From the human T2T-CHM13v2.0 reference genome, Homo sapiens: a stretch of DNA of 64,000 nt. The DNA lies in assembly GCF_009914755.1 (NCBI RefSeq), contig NC_060933.1, one strand, 5' to 3'. Each line of letters starts with the position of its first letter. Position 1 is the first letter of the stretch. Positions 58,361 through 64,000 of the stretch are shown here, one piece after another. A program made the position numbers and the translations under genes. Below the pieces are notes generated by a model, which worked only from the letters and a program-made list of their open reading frames with translations, was not told the DNA's origin and made no database searches.

Positions 58361-61300
58361 TCCATTCCATTCCATTCCATTGCATTCCATTCCATTCCAT
58401 TGCAATCGAGTTGATTCCATTCCATTCCTTTCCATTCCATTCCATTGCCTTGCATTCCACTCGGGTTGATACCATTCCCTTCTTTCCACTCCATTACATT
58501 CCTTTCCATGATTGATTCCATTCCATTCCATTCCATTTCATTCCATTGCATTCCATTCCAATCCATTCCATTCCATTCCATTCCACTTGAGTTGACTTCA
58601 TTCCATTCCTTTCCATTCTATTCCATTCCTTTCCACTCGAGTAGATTCCATTCCATTCCAATCCATTGTATTCCATTCCATGCCATTCCACTCGGGTTGT
58701 TTCCATTCCTTTGCATTCCATTCCATTCCGTTGCATTCCATTCCATTACATTCGAATTGATTCTATTCAACTCCCTTACTCTCCATTACATTCCATTCCA
58801 TTCGGGTTGTTCCATTCCATTCCATTCCATTCCACTCCATTCCATTGCACTCGGGTTTATTCCATTCCATTCCATTCCATTCCATTCCGGATGATTCCAT
58901 TCCATTGCATTCCGTTCCATTACATTCCCCTGCACTCGCGTTGATTCCATTCCATTCCATTCCATTCCATTCAATTCCATTCCATTACAATTCGTTCCAT
59001 TCCTTTCTTTTCCGTACCATTCCATTCCATTCCATTCTATTCCATTCCATTTCAATCGAGTTGAATCCATTGCCTTTCATTCCATTCCATTCCATTCCAT
59101 TCCATTCCGGAAGATTCCATTCCATTGCATTCCATTCCATTCCATTCCCCTGCACTCGCGTTGATTCCATTCCATTCCATTCCATTCCATTCTGTTCCGT
59201 TCCATTCCATTCCATTCCATTCCGTTCCGTTCAATTCCATTCCATTCCATTCTATTCGGGTTAATTCCATTCCATTCCATTCGATTGCCATCGAGTTGAT
59301 TCCATTCCATTCCATTCCCTTCCATTCAATTCCATTCTATTCCATTCCTTTCCATTCCATTACGGATGACTCCATTCCATTGCATTCCATTCCATTCCAT
59401 TCCTCTGTACTCGGCTTGATTCCATTCCATTCCATTCCACTCCATTCGGTTCCATTGCATTCCATTCTATTGCATTCCATTCTATTCGGGTTAATTCCAT
59501 TCCATTCTATTCCATTCCATTCCATTCCATTCCATTGCAATGGAGTTGATTCCATTCCATTCCATTCCATTCCGGATGATTCCATTCCATTGCATTCCAT
59601 TCCATTCCATTCCCCTGCACTCGTGTTGATTCCATTCCCTTCCATTCCATTCCATTCCGTTCCATTCCATTCCATTCCATTCTATTCCGGTTAATTCCAT
59701 TCCATTCCATTCGATTGCAATCATGTTGATTCCATTCCATTCCATTCCATTCCATTCCACTCCATTCCATTGCACTCGGGTTGATTCCATTCCATTCCAT
59801 TCCATTCCATTACATTCCATTCCGGATGAATCCATTCCATTGCATTCCGTTCCATTACATTCCCCTGCACTCGCGTTGATTCCATTCCATTCCATTCCAT
59901 TCCATTCAATTCCATTCCATTCTATTCCATTCCATTCCATTACAATTCGTTCCATTCCATTCTATTCCGTACCATTCCATTCCATTCCATACCATTCCAT
60001 TCCATTCCATTCCATTCCATTCCATTCCATTCCATTCCATTCTATTCGGGTTAATCCCATTCCATTCCATTCCATTCCATTCTATTCCATTCCATTGCAA
60101 TCGAGTTGAATCCATTGCATTTCATTCCATTCCATTCCTTTCCATTCCATTCCGGAAGATTCCATTCCATTGCATTCCGTTCCATGCCATTCCCCTGCAC
60201 TCGCGTTGATTCCATTCCATTCCATTCCATTCCATTCCATTCCATTCCATTCCGTTCGGTTCCGTTCCATTCCATTCCATTCCATTCCATTCCATTCCGT
60301 TCCGTTCCATTCCATTCCATTCCATTCTATTCGGGTTAATTCCATTCCATTCCATTCGATTGCAATCATGTTGATTCCATTCCATTCCATTCCATTCCAT
60401 TCCTTTCCATTCCTTTCCATTCCATTACGGATGATTCCATTCCATTGCATTCCATTCCGGATGATTCCATTCCATTGCATTCCATTCCATTCCATTCCCC
60501 TGTACTCGGGTTGATTCCATTCCATTCCATTCAAATCCATGCCATTCCACTCGTGTTGATTCCATTCTTTCCATTCCATTCAAGTTGAATCCATTCCATT
60601 GCATTCCATTGCATTCCATTCCCCTGCAGTCGGGTTGATTCCATTCCATTCCATTCCATTCCATTCCATTGCATTCCATTCCGTTCCATTCCGTTCCCTT
60701 CCATTCCATTCCTTTCCATTCTATTCGGGTTAATTCCATTCCATTCCATTCCATTCCACTCCATTCCAGTCCTTTCCATTCCATTCCACTCGGGTTGATT
60801 CCAATGTATTCCTTTCCATTGCATTCCATTCCATTGCAATCGAGTTGATTCCATTGCTTTGCATTCCATTCCATTCCATTCCATTCCGGATGATTCCATT
60901 CCATTGCATTCCATTCCATTCCATTCCCCTGCACTCGGGTTGATTCCATTCCATTCCACTCCATTCCGTTCCATTCCATTCCATTCCATTGTATTCGGGT
61001 TAATTCCATTCCATTCCATTCCATTCCATTCCATTCCATTCCATTCCATTACAATCGAGTTGATTCCATTCCATTCCATTCCATTCCATTCCATTCCATT
61101 CCATTCCATTCCATTGCAGTCCTTTCCATTCCATTCCACTCGGGTTGATTCCATTCTATTCGTTTCCATTCCATTCCATTCCCTTTCATTCCACTCTGGT
61201 TGATTTCATTCCTTTCCATTCCACTCGAATACATTCCCTCCTATTCCACTCGGAACGATTCCATTCCATTCCATTCCATTCCATTCCATTCCATTCCATT

Positions 61301-62810
61301 CCATTCCATTCCAGTTCGTTCCATTCCTTTCTATTCCGTACCATTCCATTCCATTCCATTCCTTTCCATTCCATTCCTTTCCACTCGTGTTGATTCCATT
61401 CCTTTCCATTCCATTCGGTTTGAAGGCATTCCATTCCATTCAATTCCATTCCATTCCATTCCATTCCATTCCATTCCATTCTATTCCATTCCATTGCAAT
61501 CGAGTTGAATCCATTGCCTTTCATTCCATTCCATTCCATTCCATTCCATTCCGGAAGATTCCATTCCATTGCATTCCATTCCATTCCATTCCCCTGCACT
61601 CGCGTTGATTCCATTCCATTCCATTCCATTCCATTCTGTTCCGTTCCATTCCATTCCATTCCATTCCGTTCCGTTCCATTCCATTCCATTCCATTCTATT
61701 CGGGTTAATTCCATTCCATTCCATTCGATTGCCATCGAGTTGATTCCATTCCATTCCATTCCCTTCCATTCAATTCCATTCTATTCCATTCCTTTCCATT
61801 CCATTACGGATGACTCCATTCCATTGCATTCCATTCCATTCCATTCCTCTGTACTCGGCTTGATTCCATTCCATTCCATTCCACTCCATTCGGTTCCATT
61901 GCATTCCATTCTATTGCATTCCATTCTATTCGGGTTAATTCCATTCCATTCTATTCCATTCCATTCCATTCCATTCCATTGCAATGGAGTTGATTCCATT
62001 CCATTCCATTCCATTCCGGATGATTCCATTCCATTGCATTCCATTCCATTCCATTCCCCTGCACTCGTGTTGATTCCATTCCCTTCCATTCCATTCCATT
62101 CCGTTCCATTCCATTCCATTCCATTCTATTCCGGTTAATTCCATTCCATTCCATTCCATTGCATTCCATTCCATTCCATTGCAATCGAGTTGATTCCATT
62201 CCATTCCTTTCCATTCCATTCCATTGCCTTGCATTCCACTCGGGTTGATACCATTCCCTTCTTTCCACTCCATTACATTCCTTTCCATGATTGATTCCAT
62301 TCCATTCCATTCCATTTCATTCCATTGCAATCCATTCCAATCCATTCCATTCCATTCCATTCCACTTGAGTTGACTTCATTCCATTCCTTTCCATTCTAT
62401 TCCATTCCTTTCCACTCGAGTTGATTCCATTCCATTCCAATCCATTGTGTTCCATTCCATGCCATTCCACTCGGGTTGTTTCCATTCCTTTGCATTCCAT
62501 TCCATTCCATTCCATTCCGTTGCATTCCATTCCATTACATTCGAATTGATTCTATTCAACTCCCTTACTCTCCATTACATTCCATTCCATTCGGGTTGTT
62601 CCATTCCATTCCATTCCATTCCACTCCATTCCATTGCACTCGGGTTTATTCCATTCCATTCCATTCCATTCCATTCCGGATGATTCCATTCCATTGCATT
62701 CCGTTCCATTACATTCCCCTGCACTCGCGTTGATTCCATTCCATTCCATTCCATTCCATTCAATTCCATTCCATTACAATTCGTTCCATTCCTTTCTTTT
62801 CCGTACCATT
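56460..62810. repeat. Direct duplication of ~2.55 kb blocks offset by ~3.78 kb (~56460-59020 and ~60230-62810)
   Basis: GTTGATACCATTCCCTTC (~58465/~62244) and CCTTTCTTTTCCGTACC (~59002/~62791) are shared. ORF pairs are 57790/61569, 58172/61951 and 58763/62552. Confidence 0.9.
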
Positions 62811-62934
62811 CCATTCCATTCCATACCATTCCATTCCATTCCATTCCATTCCATTCCATTCCATTCCATTCCGTTACATTCTGTTCCATTCCATTCCATT
62901 CCATTCTATTCGGGTTAATCCCATTCCATTCCAT

Positions 62935-64000
62935 TCCATTCCATTCCTCTCCATTCCATTGCACTCGGGTTGATTCCATTCCATTGCATTCCATTCGATT
63001 CCATTCAATTCCATTCCGTTTCATTCCATTCTATTACATTCGGATTGATTCTATTCAACTCCCTTACTCTCCATTCCATTCCATTCCATTCGGGCTGTTC
63101 CATTCCATTCCATTCCTTTCCACTCCATTCCATTGCACTCGGGTTTATTCCATTCCATTCCATTCCATTCCATTCCATTCCATTCCGGAAGATTCCATTC
63201 CATTCCATTCCATTCCATTCCATTCCATTCCATTCCATTCCGTTCCATTCCATTCCATTCCTTTCCGTTCCATTCCATTGCATTCCATTCTATTCCATTC
63301 CATTCCATTCCGTTCCGTTCCGTTCCATTCCATTCCATTCCATTCTATTCGGGTTAATTCCATTCCATTCCATTCGATTGCAATCGAGTTGATTCCATTC
63401 CATTCCATTCAATTCCGGATGACTGCATTCCATTGCATTCCATTCCATTCCATTCCCCTGCACTCGTGTTGATCCCATTCCATTGCATTCCATTCCATTC
63501 CATTCCATTCCATTCCATTCCATTCCGTTCCGTTCCGTTCCGTTCCGTTCCATTCCATTCCATTCCATTCTATTCGGGTTAATTCCATTCCATTCCATTC
63601 CATTCCATTCCATTCCAATCGAGTTGATTCCATTCCATTCCATTCCATTCCATTCCACTCCATTCCAGTCCTTTCCATTCCATTCCACTCGGGTTGATTC
63701 CAATGTATTCCTTTCCATTCCATTCCATTCCATTCCATTGCAATCGAGTTGATTCCATTGCTTTGCATTCCATTCCATTCCATTCCATTCCGGATGATTC
63801 CATTCCATTGCATTCCATTCCATTCCATTCCCCTGCACTCGGGTTGATTCCATTCCATTCCACTCCATTCCGTTCCATTCCATTCCATTCCATTGTATTC
63901 GGGTTAATTCCATTCCATTCCATTCCTTTCCATTCCATTCCATTCCATTACAATCGAGTTGATTCCATTCCATTCCATTCCATTCCATTCCATTCCATTC
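62935..64000. repeat. Dispersed copy of ~46445-47520 (offset ~16.5 kb), running off the window end
   Basis: Shares CCGTTTCATTCCATTCTATTACATTCGG, TTCGGGCTGTTCC and CTCGTGTTGATCCCATT. The 119-aa ORFs at 47106/63579 are identical. Confidence 0.88.

Larger units (their letters stand above)
9554..64000 (-). repeat. Satellite III (HSat3) array, inverted orientation (ATTCC on +, GGAAT on -)
   Basis: Continuous ATTCC pentamers with ACTCGGGTTG, AATCGAGTTG and ATTCGGGTTA, which are reverse complements of the left-arm motifs. I saw no further strand switch or non-satellite insertion up to the window end. Confidence 0.97.

Noticed and set aside
169-63988. Hundreds of ORFs (MEWNG.../IPFHS...) as protein-coding genes
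   Set aside because: They overlap in all frames on both strands and are simply translations of the pentamer. There is no non-repetitive domain or gene structure.
1-64000. CRISPR-like repeat-spacer array
   Set aside because: The interruptions are a small recurring set of pentamer-derived motifs, not unique spacers. There are no cas genes, and the sequence is a primate satellite.
1-64000. HSat2, alpha satellite, telomeric repeat or DYZ1-style fixed ~3.5 kb unit
   Set aside because: Long pure ATTCC runs with CAACCCGAGT decamers fit HSat3. I saw no HSat2-type CATTCGATGATG periodicity, no 171-bp alphoid monomer, no TTAGGG array and no constant multi-kb period.

Overview
The whole 64 kb window is human/great-ape-type classical Satellite III (HSat3). 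It is a (GGAAT)n/(ATTCC)n pentamer array punctuated by the SatIII decamer CAACCCGAGT and its variants, plus a few recurring non-pentamer motifs. I found no genes, RNA genes, transposon insertions or unique sequence. Every ORF in the track (MEWNG/IPFHS repeats) is an artefact of the pentamer. The main structural event is a strand inversion at 9553/9554: GGAAT is on + from 1 to ~9553 and ATTCC is on + from ~9554 to 64000. The join is a 28-bp near-perfect palindrome with a 5-bp ACTCG microhomology. The array has no fixed higher-order period and is a mosaic of nested duplications (30, 85 and 175 bp; ~1.15, ~1.94, ~2.3, ~3.8, ~4.6 and ~5.8 kb; plus one copy 16.5 kb away), with signs of conversion or patchwork exchange. 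One recurrent variant, ATTCC-GGAAG-ATTCC, is a perfect three-unit heat-shock element (nTTCnnGAAnnTTCn) within the TEAD-motif (CATTCC) background. The two G-rich strands converge on the junction, so read-through RNA could form long dsRNA. All counts and boundaries were read by eye and are approximate.
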